From: Sphingobacteriales bacterium JAD_PAG50586_3
GTDB lineage: Bacteria; Bacteroidota; Bacteroidia; CAMBQF01
DNA: 64,000 bases
Assembly: GCA_023213195.1 (NCBI GenBank)
Contig: CP096135.1
Coordinates: 248,126 to 312,125, forward strand
Direction: 5' to 3'
In this document: in pieces, positions 11,040-20,790 of the stretch
How the letters are laid out: each line of letters opens with the position of its first letter
How positions within the stretch are numbered: position 1 is the stretch's first letter
The notes under the pieces: model-generated
Databases searched by the model: none
What the model was told of the DNA's origin: nothing
The model's input: only the letters and a program-made list of their open reading frames with translations
Program-made: the position numbers and the translations under genes

Positions 11040-11467
11040 ATGAATGATAGTATAGATATTTTATTGATTGAAGATAGTGCCTTTGATGCCGAACTAACCA
11101 TACGCGCATTAAAACAAAACAACCTTGCCAAAAACATAGTACACGTAGCTACCGGCGCGCACGCCATAGATTTTTTAATGCTACGGGCATTTTCCAAAAC
11201 AGGGATATACAAAACAAACCAAAGGTTATTTTATTAGACCTAAGACTGGGCCACGTAAGCGGTGTAAGCATACTCGAAAAAATAATGGCTAACAACCATA
11301 CCCGCCATATTCCGGTAATAATACTATCAGGCTCTAAAGACGATGCCGATTTAAAAAAATGCGCTGCACTGGGGGCAAATAACTACGTAGTTAAACCTAT
11401 TGAGTTTAGCACCTTTACAAACAGCATATTAATGCCACTCTTATCTAAAGAAGTAGAGGCCAACTAA
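11040..11467 (+). CDS. Single-domain response regulator (variant type), frame break in T-run near 11171
   Basis: [25 protein letters not shown]...[15 protein letters not shown]...LSGSKD...YVVKP; paralogue of 5946..6367. Confidence 0.85.
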
Positions 11468-11477
11468 AAGCAGTAAA

Positions 11478-13258
11478 ATGAGCGAGAGTGAAAAAATAAA
11501 GAATAACCCTATAGCTTCTGTTTTTAAAGAGGGCCACATAGGCGCATTATACGCAGCAATTATAGACTCGTCTAACGATGCGATAATAAGCAAATCAATA
11601 GAAGGCATTATACAAAGTTGGAATAAAAGTTCGGAGAAAATTTTTGGCTATACCGCTACCGAGGTTATTGGCGAACATATATCAATACTTATACCTGCCG
11701 ACAGGATTGAAGAGGAAGAAAAAATAGTTGAAAAAATAAGGCAGAAACAAATAGTTGAGCATTGGGAAACCGTACGTATAAATAAAAAAGGCATACCTCT
11801 TGATATTTCAATTACCATGTCGCCTATTATTGATAGTGAAGGCAATGTAGTAGGCGCATCAGAAATAGCACGCGATATTACCGCAAAAAAAGCCATTGAA
11901 ATAGCCTTGGCCGCCGCTACCGAAGGGTTAAAAAACCAAACTAACGACACATTAGTTGTACTGCAGGACTATTTATTAAAAGATTTCTCTCAGCAGGTTA
12001 AGGTTAGTGACCGGGGCGACGACCTTGACTTTATAGCCGTAGGCTTAAACAGCATGGGCGCCGCATTGCAAAAAGCAATAGAAACGGAGAAAAAGAACGT
12101 AAAACAGCTGGAGCAGTTAAATGCAGGGCTAGAAAAAAGAGTTACAGAGCGTACTATTGAACTATCGCAATATAAATATGCACTAGACGAGGCATCGCTT
12201 ATAGAGATAACAGATACCGACGGTATTGTATTGCATGTAAACGAAAACAAATGCTCTGTTGCCGGATACACCAAAGAAGAACTGATAGGTAAAGACAACA
12301 GGATACATAACTCTAATTACCACCCTAAAGAATTTATAGAAAACTTATGGAACACCATAAGCGGAGGCAAAATATGGAAGGGGAGATTAGAAACAAGGCT
12401 AAAAATGGCAGTTTATACTGGGTAGAAACCACCATTATTCCCTTTATTAATGATGAAGGTGCAGTGTACCAGTACATGGCAATTAAAACAGACATTACGC
12501 TGGTTAAAAGGATAGAAGCTGAGCGCGACAGGATAGAAGCCGAGCGCGACGAACGCTCTGCCGAACTGGAGGCCGTTAACAAAGAACTAGAGTCTTTTTC
12601 TTATTCGGTATCGCACGATTTAAGGGCACCGCTAAGGGCCATAGATGGATATGCGTTAATACTGGAAGAAGACTATGAAAATGTAATTGATGCTGAAGGA
12701 AAAAGGTTGCTGGATACTATTCGCCATAATGCTCATTATATGGGCAACCTTATTGACGACTTGTTAAGCTTTTCTCAGCTTGGCAGAAAAGACTTGGCTA
12801 AAACACTGGTAAATATGACAACCCTTGCCAATGCTACTGTTGTAGAAATTGGAAGAAATAAAGAACACAATGCTACTATAACCATTAACCCTTTGCATAA
12901 TGTTATGGCCGATAAAGCCCTTATTGAATGTGTATTGGTTAACCTGTTATCTAACGCCATTAAATACTCATCAAAAAAAGAAAAACCTAGTATTGAAGTA
13001 AGTTCAACAGTAGAAAACAACGAAGTGATTTTTTGTGTTAAAGATAATGGAGCAGGCTTTGAAATGGAATATGCCGATAAATTATTTGGAGTATTTCAGC
13101 GCTTGCATAGTGTAGAAGAATTTGAGGGTACCGGCGTAGGCCTTGCCACTGCGCACCGCATTATAAATAAGCACGGCGGTAGAATTTGGGCCGAAGGAGA
13201 AGTTGAAAAAGGAGCCTCTTTTTACTTTAGTTTACAAACAGAAAATAAAAAACAATAG
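11478..13258 (+). CDS. Cytoplasmic PAS / HAMP-like / PAS sensor histidine kinase 2, frame break in G-run near 12380
   Basis: Same architecture as kinase 1; FSYSVSHDLRAPLR H-box; ORFs 11478..12425 and 12347..13258 join. Confidence 0.92.
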
Positions 13259-13273
13259 TATATAATAACCAAT

Positions 13274-13720
13274 GTGATGGAACATGATAGCGTAGTAGAT
13301 ATCTTACTAATAGAAGACAGCCATAGTGATGCGGAAATGACATTACGGGCCCTTACAAAACAAAATATTGCCACTAATTTGGTGCATCTTAAAGATGGTG
13401 CCCTTGCCCTCGACTTTATTTTTGCCACCGGCATTTATGCCGAACGTAAAATTGAAAACCAGCCTAAGGTAATATTGCTCGATTTAAAAATGCCCAAGGT
13501 AAATGGCCTGCAGGTGTTAGAAAAGTTAAAGGGAGATAAAAGAACTTGTGAAATACCTGTTGTTATATTAACCTCATCAAAAGAGCACCCCGATGTAAAA
13601 AGATGCTATGAATTGGGCGTAAACAGCTACATAGTAAAACCTGTTGAGGTATCTAATTTTATTAAAGCTATTTCAGAGTTAGGCATTTACTGGTTAGCCC
13701 TTAACCATGCCCCACAATAG
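13274..13720 (+). CDS. Single-domain response regulator (Rcp1-like)
   Basis: ILLIEDS, LLDLKMP, LTSS, YIVKP; paralogue of 10353..10793. Confidence 0.93.
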   Translation: MMEHDSVVDILLIEDSHSDAEMTLRALTKQNIATNLVHLKDGALALDFIFATGIYAERKIENQPKVILLDLKMPKVNGLQVLEKLKGDKRTCEIPVVILTSSKEHPDVKRCYELGVNSYIVKPVEVSNFIKAISELGIYWLALNHAPQ

Positions 13721-13797
13721 GGTATAATAAAAGCGCTATTAACGGTATTTGTACATATATTTAGCCTTATATATTTACACCGCTAAATCGCGCCACA

Positions 13798-14754
13798 ATG
13801 AAAAAAACATTTACGCTAACTATTTGCTTATTATCGCTTTGGGGGCTTGCAAAGGCCCAGGCACCTGTAAACCTGGGTTTTGAAACCTGGACAGATGTTG
13901 TTGCCTACGAAGACCCTGATAACTGGGGAACGTTAAACTTTGCATCGTTATTTGTGCAAGGTGTACCTACTACCGCCGAAAAAACTACAGACTCGCACTC
14001 CGACTCTTTTGCCGTTAAACTGGTTACTAAGCCTGCCGATGCAGACCTGAACAGCTTTGGCCTTGATACAGACACTGTGCCGGGCTTAATGATATACGGA
14101 AGCATTAGCAGTGAAACCGCAGGCACCGCCTACACACAGCGCCCTACGGGCTTGCAGTTTTGGTATAAATACACGCCTGTAAATGGCGACTCTGCCGGTT
14201 TTTTGGTGCAGCTAACCAAGTGGGACAATATTCAGCAAGAACAGATATTGGTTGGTCAGGGCGCTATTAGCATGAAAGATGTTGTTACTACCTACACCCT
14301 TGGCGATGTGCCTATTGTGTATGAAGAAGCAATAGAGCCCGACTCATTATTTATAATACTATTTTCAAGCTTTGATGCCTTACACCTTCTAGGCAGCAAC
14401 CTAACTACCATATCAGGCCAACCCGGCAGCACACTTATAGTAGACGATATTGCCATACTTGGGGTTGATACACCAAACGCTATAAAAGACAATGCCGCCG
14501 CGGCATTTGATTTTACAGTATATCCCAACCCGGCATCAACCACCCTTAATTTTAAATGCAACAACTACACCTTTGCGCAGGGCGCTTTAACCTTTGATGT
14601 TATAGACCTTACAGGGCGCGTAGTGCAATCGGTAAGCTTTAACAACACCCAAACCACTACTGATGTATCAACCCTTGCAGCGGGCATGTATATATACCGT
14701 TTAACAGACAAAACCGGCATACTTAAAACAGGCAAGTTTAACGTTGCCCGATAA
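13798..14754 (+). CDS. T9SS type A sorting domain protein with jelly-roll/CBM-like N-terminal domain
   Basis: Signal peptide ending AKAQ, NLGFETW motif, C-terminal VYPNP...GMYIY...GKFNV. Confidence 0.85.
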   Translation: MKKTFTLTICLLSLWGLAKAQAPVNLGFETWTDVVAYEDPDNWGTLNFASLFVQGVPTTAEKTTDSHSDSFAVKLVTKPADADLNSFGLDTDTVPGLMIYGSISSETAGTAYTQRPTGLQFWYKYTPVNGDSAGFLVQLTKWDNIQQEQILVGQGAISMKDVVTTYTLGDVPIVYEEAIEPDSLFIILFSSFDALHLLGSNLTTISGQPGSTLIVDDIAILGVDTPNAIKDNAAAAFDFTVYPNPASTTLNFKCNNYTFAQGALTFDVIDLTGRVVQSVSFNNTQTTTDVSTLAAGMYIYRLTDKTGILKTGKFNVAR

Positions 14755-14784
14755 GAGATACAACTTATCCATATTTACCAAAGA

Positions 14785-14814
14785 AAAGCCCCTAACGTTT
14801 ACGTTAGGGGCTTT
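14785..14814. terminator. Bidirectional intrinsic terminator between convergent genes
   Basis: aaagcccctaacg-ttta-cgttaggggcttt perfect stem. Confidence 0.8.
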
Positions 14815-14822
14815 ATATTTTA

Positions 14823-14856
14823 CTCCCTCTCTTTTGGAGAGGGGTTGGGGGTGAGG
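14823..14856 (-). repeat. REP-like palindrome family A (CCTCACCCC..CCCTCTCC..GAGAGGG)
   Basis: ctccctctcttttggagaggggttgggggtgagg; related copies at 46966, 54831, 61342, 63579. Confidence 0.75.
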
Positions 14857-14863
14857 CTACTAA

Positions 14864-16165
14864 TTAAACCCTGTCGCCAATGTTTACATAATCGCGTAAA
14901 CCTTCGCCAACATAAATTTGGCGTGGGCGGCCAATAGGCTCACCGTTGGCAATCATTTCTTTCCATTGTGCAATCCAACCCGGTAGGCGGCCCAGTGCAA
15001 ACATTACCGTAAACATTTCGGTAGGTATGCCCATTGCACGGTATATAATACCTGAGTAAAAATCTACGTTAGGGTATAGCTTACGCTCTACAAAGTAAGG
15101 GTCGCGCAGGGCAACTTCTTCCAGCTTTTTGGCAATATCCAAAATATCATCGTGTACGCCTAGTTTATTAAGTAACTGGTCGCAGGCTTGTTTAATAATT
15201 TTAGCGCGTGGGTCAAAGTTTTTGTACACACGGTGGCCAAAGCCCATTAAACGGAAGCTGTCGTTTTTATCTTTTGCTTTCTCTACCCACTTATCAACGT
15301 TGCCGCCATCTTCGTGAATCATATCAAGCATTTCAATAACCTCTTGGTTAGCACCACCGTGTAGCGGGCCCCAAAGGGCAATAGTACCTGCTGCTATAGA
15401 TGCGTATAGGTTGGCCTTAGAAGAACCTACCATACGCACGGTTGATGCTGAGCAGTTTTGCTCATGGTCAGCGTGCAGTATCAATAGCTTATCAAGGGCA
15501 TTAACCACAACAGGGTCAATCTCATATTCTTCAGATGGGTTGGCAAACATCATGTACAAGAAATTCTCTACATAATCGTTAGAGTTTTTAGGGTACATAA
15601 TAGGGTGGCCAATAGAATTTTTATACGCCCAAGCAGCAATGGTTGGGAATTTAGCCAACAAGCGGTGTACGGTCAAATCAATCTCGGCCGATGTGCGTTT
15701 GGTTTTATTGTTTTCCGGGTAAAAGGTAGATAGCGAACATACTACCGAAGCTACCACGCCCATTGGGTGGGCTTTAGATGGGTATGCTTCGTAAAAGCGC
15801 TTCATATCTTCGTGTACCAACGTGTGGCGAGATATGTCTGAGTTAAATTTCTCTAACTCTGTTTTGGTAGGCAGTTTGCCATAAACCAATAAGTATGATA
15901 CCTCAGTAAAGGTAGATTTTTCAGCCAGTTGCTCAATAGGGTACCCGCGGTAGCGTAGTATACCTTCTTCACCATCTAAAAAAGTAACGGCGCTGGTAGT
16001 AGCACCGGTGTTTTTGTAGCCCGAGTCCAGGGTTATATACCCTGTCTGGTCACGCAGTTTGGTAATATCAATTGCTTTTTCGTTTTCGGTACCAACTATT
16101 ACGGGTAGTGGGTACGCTGTACCATCTAGGTTGATTTCTGCGGGCTGTTGTTGTTTTTCAGACAT
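14864..16165 (-). CDS. gltA: Citrate synthase (type II)
   Basis: LHADHEQNCS, GPLHGGAN, LMGFGHRVYKNFDPRA, YPNVDFYSG. Confidence 0.97.
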   Translation of the reverse strand: MSEKQQQPAEINLDGTAYPLPVIVGTENEKAIDITKLRDQTGYITLDSGYKNTGATTSAVTFLDGEEGILRYRGYPIEQLAEKSTFTEVSYLLVYGKLPTKTELEKFNSDISRHTLVHEDMKRFYEAYPSKAHPMGVVASVVCSLSTFYPENNKTKRTSAEIDLTVHRLLAKFPTIAAWAYKNSIGHPIMYPKNSNDYVENFLYMMFANPSEEYEIDPVVVNALDKLLILHADHEQNCSASTVRMVGSSKANLYASIAAGTIALWGPLHGGANQEVIEMLDMIHEDGGNVDKWVEKAKDKNDSFRLMGFGHRVYKNFDPRAKIIKQACDQLLNKLGVHDDILDIAKKLEEVALRDPYFVERKLYPNVDFYSGIIYRAMGIPTEMFTVMFALGRLPGWIAQWKEMIANGEPIGRPRQIYVGEGLRDYVNIGDRV

Positions 16166-16299
16166 TGTGGTAAAATTTACTGTACTTAAAAGAATAAACC
16201 TGTTTGTTCAGGCGGTGCAAGTTTAAACATTATTTTTTGTTTTTGTAACACTATGGCCTATAAAAGTGGGCTTTTATAGGTTACTTTTGCAACGCCGCC

Positions 16300-17422
16300 A
16301 TGATAAAGCAATTGAAGGCTGTTTTTGTTTTAACCGCCATACTACTTTTTTTACCCCTACCGTAAACGCGCAACTATTTAAACGTTTTTTTGGCCCACCA
16401 GACACTACTGCCAAGCCCAAACGCAATAAAATTTTAGCCATACCGGTTATTAGCCGAGCACCCGAAACCGACTGGACTTTTGGTGCAGCCGCTACCTGGC
16501 TTTTTAAAACCAGCCAGCGCGATAGTTTACTCCGCACATCCAATGTCCAGCTAATTGGTATTTATACATTGCGAAACCAATATGTAGGCCAGCTAGACGC
16601 TAATATAGTATTACCGGGAGAGCGTTGGTACTTAAAAATCCACGGCTCTGCATCTCGTTTTCCCGATAGTTTTTGGGGCGTTGGCAACACCATGCCCGAG
16701 AGTAATAAAGAGCGCTACACCTTTGACCAATACCACATAAACCCTACCCTTATGCGCATGGTAAAGCCCAAGCTTTTTGCCGGCCTTATCTACGATTTTC
16801 AACGGTTTTATAATATACAATACACCCCCGGTGGTATTTTCGACCAGCAGCAACTGCCCGGGCGCACCGGCAGCCTGATATCCGGGGCTGGCGCAACTGT
16901 TTTGGTAGACAGCCGCGATAATCTTTACAATGCCTACAAAGGGTGGTATGCCCAATTTATATCGCTGTTTTATGGCAAAGGCCTGGGCAGTAAATTCACC
17001 TACAACCAGTTTATTTTAGATACCCGCAAATACCTAAAAGTATACCGCAGGCACATACTGGCGCTACAGGCTTACTTTGAGTATAATGGGCCGGGCACGC
17101 CGCCCTTTCGCAACATGGCCCGCATGGGCGGACCCGAACGTATGCGGGGCTACTACTCTGGCCGTTTTACTGATAAAACGCACGTATGCTTTCAGGCAGA
17201 ATATCGTTTCCCTATTTGGTGGCGCTTTGGCGGAACAGCCTTTGCATCGGCAGGCGAGGTGGCACCTGCGTTTAAAAAATGAGCCTGCCGGGGCTTAAAT
17301 ACACGTATGGTTTTGGCCTGCGCTTTGCCGCTAACAGGGTAGAACGCATCAACTTTAGGTTTGATTACGGCTTTAGAAAAGGCGGCGGCGACTATTACTT
17401 TACTGTGGCTGAAGCATTCTAA
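16300..17422 (+). CDS. BamA/TamA (Omp85) family beta-barrel without POTRA domains; frame breaks near 16345 and 17275
   Basis: Signal peptide MIKQLKAVFVLTAILLF, DSRDN, MRGYYSGRF motif, C-terminal YFTVAEAF. Confidence 0.8.
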
Positions 17423-17540
17423 TTGATAAACCAATGGTAAACTATTCCGGTTTCTTCTATAACATTGACTTGCAGAGTTTCTGTTCAACGAAAAATTATT
17501 TAATTCAAAATCAATGTTTTAACACCAAATAAATATACTT

Positions 17541-17570
17541 TGGAAACTATTTATACTAAAAACGTTTCCA
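17541..17570. promoter_or_regulatory. Candidate TetR operator
   Basis: TGGAAAC-N16-GTTTCCA inverted repeat just upstream of the TATCTTTG promoter element (17587-17594) of the tetR-RND operon. Confidence 0.45.
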
Positions 17571-17598
17571 GTATATCGAAAGTTTCTATCTTTGTACC

Positions 17599-18213
17599 GT
17601 GGATTCTAAAGAAGAAAATATAATTGCCCAGAGTACGTCAAATGTATCTTAAGTACGGCATAAAGAGTGTTACAATGGATGATGTAGCGCGCGAGCTGGG
17701 CATTTCTAAAAAACGCTTTACCTGTTTTTTAAAGATAAAAACGAGTTGGTAATGAAATCTATGGAGTGCCAAATTGCCATAGACAAGGCCAGTGTAATGG
17801 CTATTAAAACACAAGAACTTAATGCAATTGATGAGTTGCTTGAAATTGCTACCAATGTGGTGTCTACCTTAAAATCTATACAACCGGCGGTAATTTTTGA
17901 TATTCAAAAATACTACCCACAGGTATGGGCATTGCAGGCAGAGTACAGGCAAAACTTTATTGTGCAAACTATTATAGATAATATAAATAACGGGATAGAA
18001 CAGGGGTTTTACAGGCCAAACGTTCACCCCGAGATTATTGCCAAATTTTTTGCTGTTAAGTTGGAGAACATGTTTGACGATAAAGTGTTTCCTCCATCTA
18101 AATTTGATTTGGCCAATGTATATATGGAATATATACGCTACCACCTTATGGGCATTTGCAACCAAAAAGGTGCCGATTATATAGTTGAGAATATTTTTAA
18201 TATCAAAAAGTAA
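17599..18213 (+). CDS. TetR/AcrR family transcriptional regulator; frame breaks near 17630 and 17710
   Basis: Manual GTG start, YGIKSVTMDDVARELGISKKTLY HTH joins ORF 17746..18213. Confidence 0.88.
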
Positions 18214-18224
18214 TAACATAATAG

Positions 18225-19576
18225 ATGAAACGCCTTTTAATACTAATCAACCTAGTTTTTATGCTTTCGGCGGGGCTTATGGCGCAACCGGCAACAACAA
18301 ATGCCAAACGCGCATTTACCCTTAAAGAGGCTATGGACTATGCCGTTATAAACTCTTACACGGCAAAAACATCATCCATAGATATGGAAAAAGCCAAGCG
18401 CCAAATGAATGAGCTTATTGGCATTGGTGCACCCCAAATTAGTGGTTCGGTACAATACAACTACAACATTAAGCCGCCGGTAGCATTTTTTCCGGCAGCG
18501 TTTTTTGGCGGCCCGCCAAATGAGTTTCAGGCAATAACCATATCGCCTAAGCAAAACAGCACCTTGGGCCTATCGGTAAACCAATTGTTGCTAGACGGCA
18601 CCTACTTTATTGGCCTGCAAGCAGCTAAAAAGTTTAAAGAAATATCGGTAGACGTTAACCAAAAAGACCTGATAGCCATTAAGGCCGATGTAGCAGCATC
18701 GTACTACGCTATTTTGGTGCTTGAAGAAAACCGTAAAATTTTAAGCGAAAGCCTTAACAAGTTGAACGATACCTACAGCCAAACCGAGAAAATTTACAAA
18801 GAAGGTTTGATTGAAGAGAACGACCTTGACCAGCTAAAGCTTATTATATCTACCTTAAAAACAACCCAAACCAGCTTAGACCGTCAGGTTGAACTGGCTA
18901 AAAAGCTACTTAAGTTTCAATTGGGTATAGACCTTACCGAAGAAGTAACCCTAACTGATAACCTTGATAAGGTATTGGCAGATACTCCAAACGAGAGCAC
19001 AATGGTATCGAGCTTTAAGGCCGAAACTAATATTGATTACCAGATTTTACGTAAACAAAGCGTGCTGGCCGATTTAAATTACAAGCGCGTAGTAGCATCG
19101 TACACCCCTAGCCTATCGGGCTTTTTAGCTACCAATGGCAAAACTTTAGCAACAGCAACCGTGTGCTGGCCGACCAATCTAAATACTACGGTATAGCCGT
19201 TGCCGGTGTTGCTTTGCGTGTACCTATTTTTGATGGCCTTTCTACCGTGCAGCGCATAAAATCGGCTAAGTTGGATTATAAGAAAACCGAGATTGGCTTA
19301 AAGCAATTGGAAGAGGGTTTAAAACTACAATCGGACCAGGCTACAACCAACTACAACAACGCCTTAGACCAGTTTAAACTAAAGAAAGAGAATTTAGACT
19401 TAGCCCGCAAGGTTAAAGAAAAAGCCCTTATTAAATACTAGGAAGGTGTTGGTAGCAGCCTAGAGGTTACTACTACAGAAAACCAATACCTGCAAATACA
19501 GGCCGATTATATATCATCATTACTTAACCTGTTTAACGCTAAAATCAGCATCAACAAACTGTCAAATAACTTTTAA
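18225..19576 (+). CDS. TolC family outer-membrane efflux protein; frame break near 19125 and in-frame TAG at 19439
   Basis: Signal peptide, TLKEAMDYA, LRVPIFDG, KY*EGVGSSLEV (expected KYQEG). Confidence 0.88.
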
Positions 19577-19602
19577 TATTACTACCACACTACAATATAA
19601 CC

Positions 19603-20733
19603 ATGAAAAAATTTAATATAATTCTTGTTGCCCTGGTTGTGCTAATAGCCGCTTGTACACCACCCAAAACCGATTTGGAAAAGAAAAGGAAAGAGCTGGC
19701 TGAAGTAAATGCCGAGATTGATGAGCTTAAAACTAAAGCTAAAGGTTTAGAAACTGAAATTGCTAAGCTAGACACCGCTGCCGCAGGCATTTTAAAGAAC
19801 AAAACCGTAAAGGCTGAAGAAGTATTGCCTAGCGAGTTTGACAACTTTATTGAGGTGCAAGGCATGGTAGACTCTGACGAGAATGTGATGGTAAACACCA
19901 CCCAACCGGGTATTATTACCGCCATTAATGTTAAAGAGGGCGACCGCGTTTCTAAAGGCCAAATTTTGGCTACTACAGATGCCGCTGTGCTTAACAAATC
20001 TATAGACCAGTTGCAAACCAACCTTGACCTTGCAACCATTGCATACGACAAACAAAAACGCCTGTGGGACCAAAAAATTGGTAGCGAAATTCAATACCTA
20101 AGCGCCAAAACACAAAAAGAAAGCTTAGAGAAACAATTGAAAACCCTACAATCGCAAATAGACTTAACAGTTATCAAATCGCCTATTAATGGTGTGGTTG
20201 ATGAGGTTAAAGTTAAAATTGGCGAAATGGCAAGCCCCGGCTTTACCGGCATACGTGTAGTAAACCTTAGCAACATTAAGGTTATTGCAAAAGTATCTGA
20301 CAACTACATATCAAAAGTTAAAAAAGGCCAATCTGTTGTTGTGCGTTTTCCTGATGCTAACTATGAGTTAACCGCCCCGGTAAGCTTTGTAAGCAGCGTT
20401 ATTGGCAGCAACCGTTCTTTTACTGTTGAAGTAAAAGTAAACAACACCGATGGCAAGCTTAAACCTAACATGGTAGCCAACCTGCTTATATCAGACCAAA
20501 AACTATCTAACGTTTTGGTAGTACCATCAAACGCTGTAGAGCATACCGCAACAGGCAATTACCTAATGGTAGTAGCAGGCACACAGGGTAAATACACTGC
20601 CAGCCGCCGCAAGGTGGAGATTGGTGTGGAGTATAACGGCCGCACTATAGTAACCGAAGGGTTAAAACAAGGTGAGAAGATTATAACCTTTGGCTTTCAG
20701 GATGTGGTTGATGGCCAACCTATTTCTTTCTAA
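19603..20733 (+). CDS. RND efflux periplasmic adaptor (lipoprotein)
   Basis: Lipobox IAAC, VKEGDRVSKGQILA, IKSPINGVV, LKPNM, GLKQGEKII. Confidence 0.92.
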   Translation: MKKFNIILVALVVLIAACTPPKTDLEKKRKELAEVNAEIDELKTKAKGLETEIAKLDTAAAGILKNKTVKAEEVLPSEFDNFIEVQGMVDSDENVMVNTTQPGIITAINVKEGDRVSKGQILATTDAAVLNKSIDQLQTNLDLATIAYDKQKRLWDQKIGSEIQYLSAKTQKESLEKQLKTLQSQIDLTVIKSPINGVVDEVKVKIGEMASPGFTGIRVVNLSNIKVIAKVSDNYISKVKKGQSVVVRFPDANYELTAPVSFVSSVIGSNRSFTVEVKVNNTDGKLKPNMVANLLISDQKLSNVLVVPSNAVEHTATGNYLMVVAGTQGKYTASRRKVEIGVEYNGRTIVTEGLKQGEKIITFGFQDVVDGQPISF

Positions 20734-20790
20734 TTAAACCAATAATACTGCACGGCCCACGCCGGCATTAACATATAAAACGCATTTACC

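Noticed and set aside
12508-12552. Direct repeat aggatagaagc(t/c)gagcgcgac in kinase 2
   Set aside because: A 21-nt (one heptad, RIEAERD) duplication in the signalling helix; real but minor, and it preserves coiled-coil register
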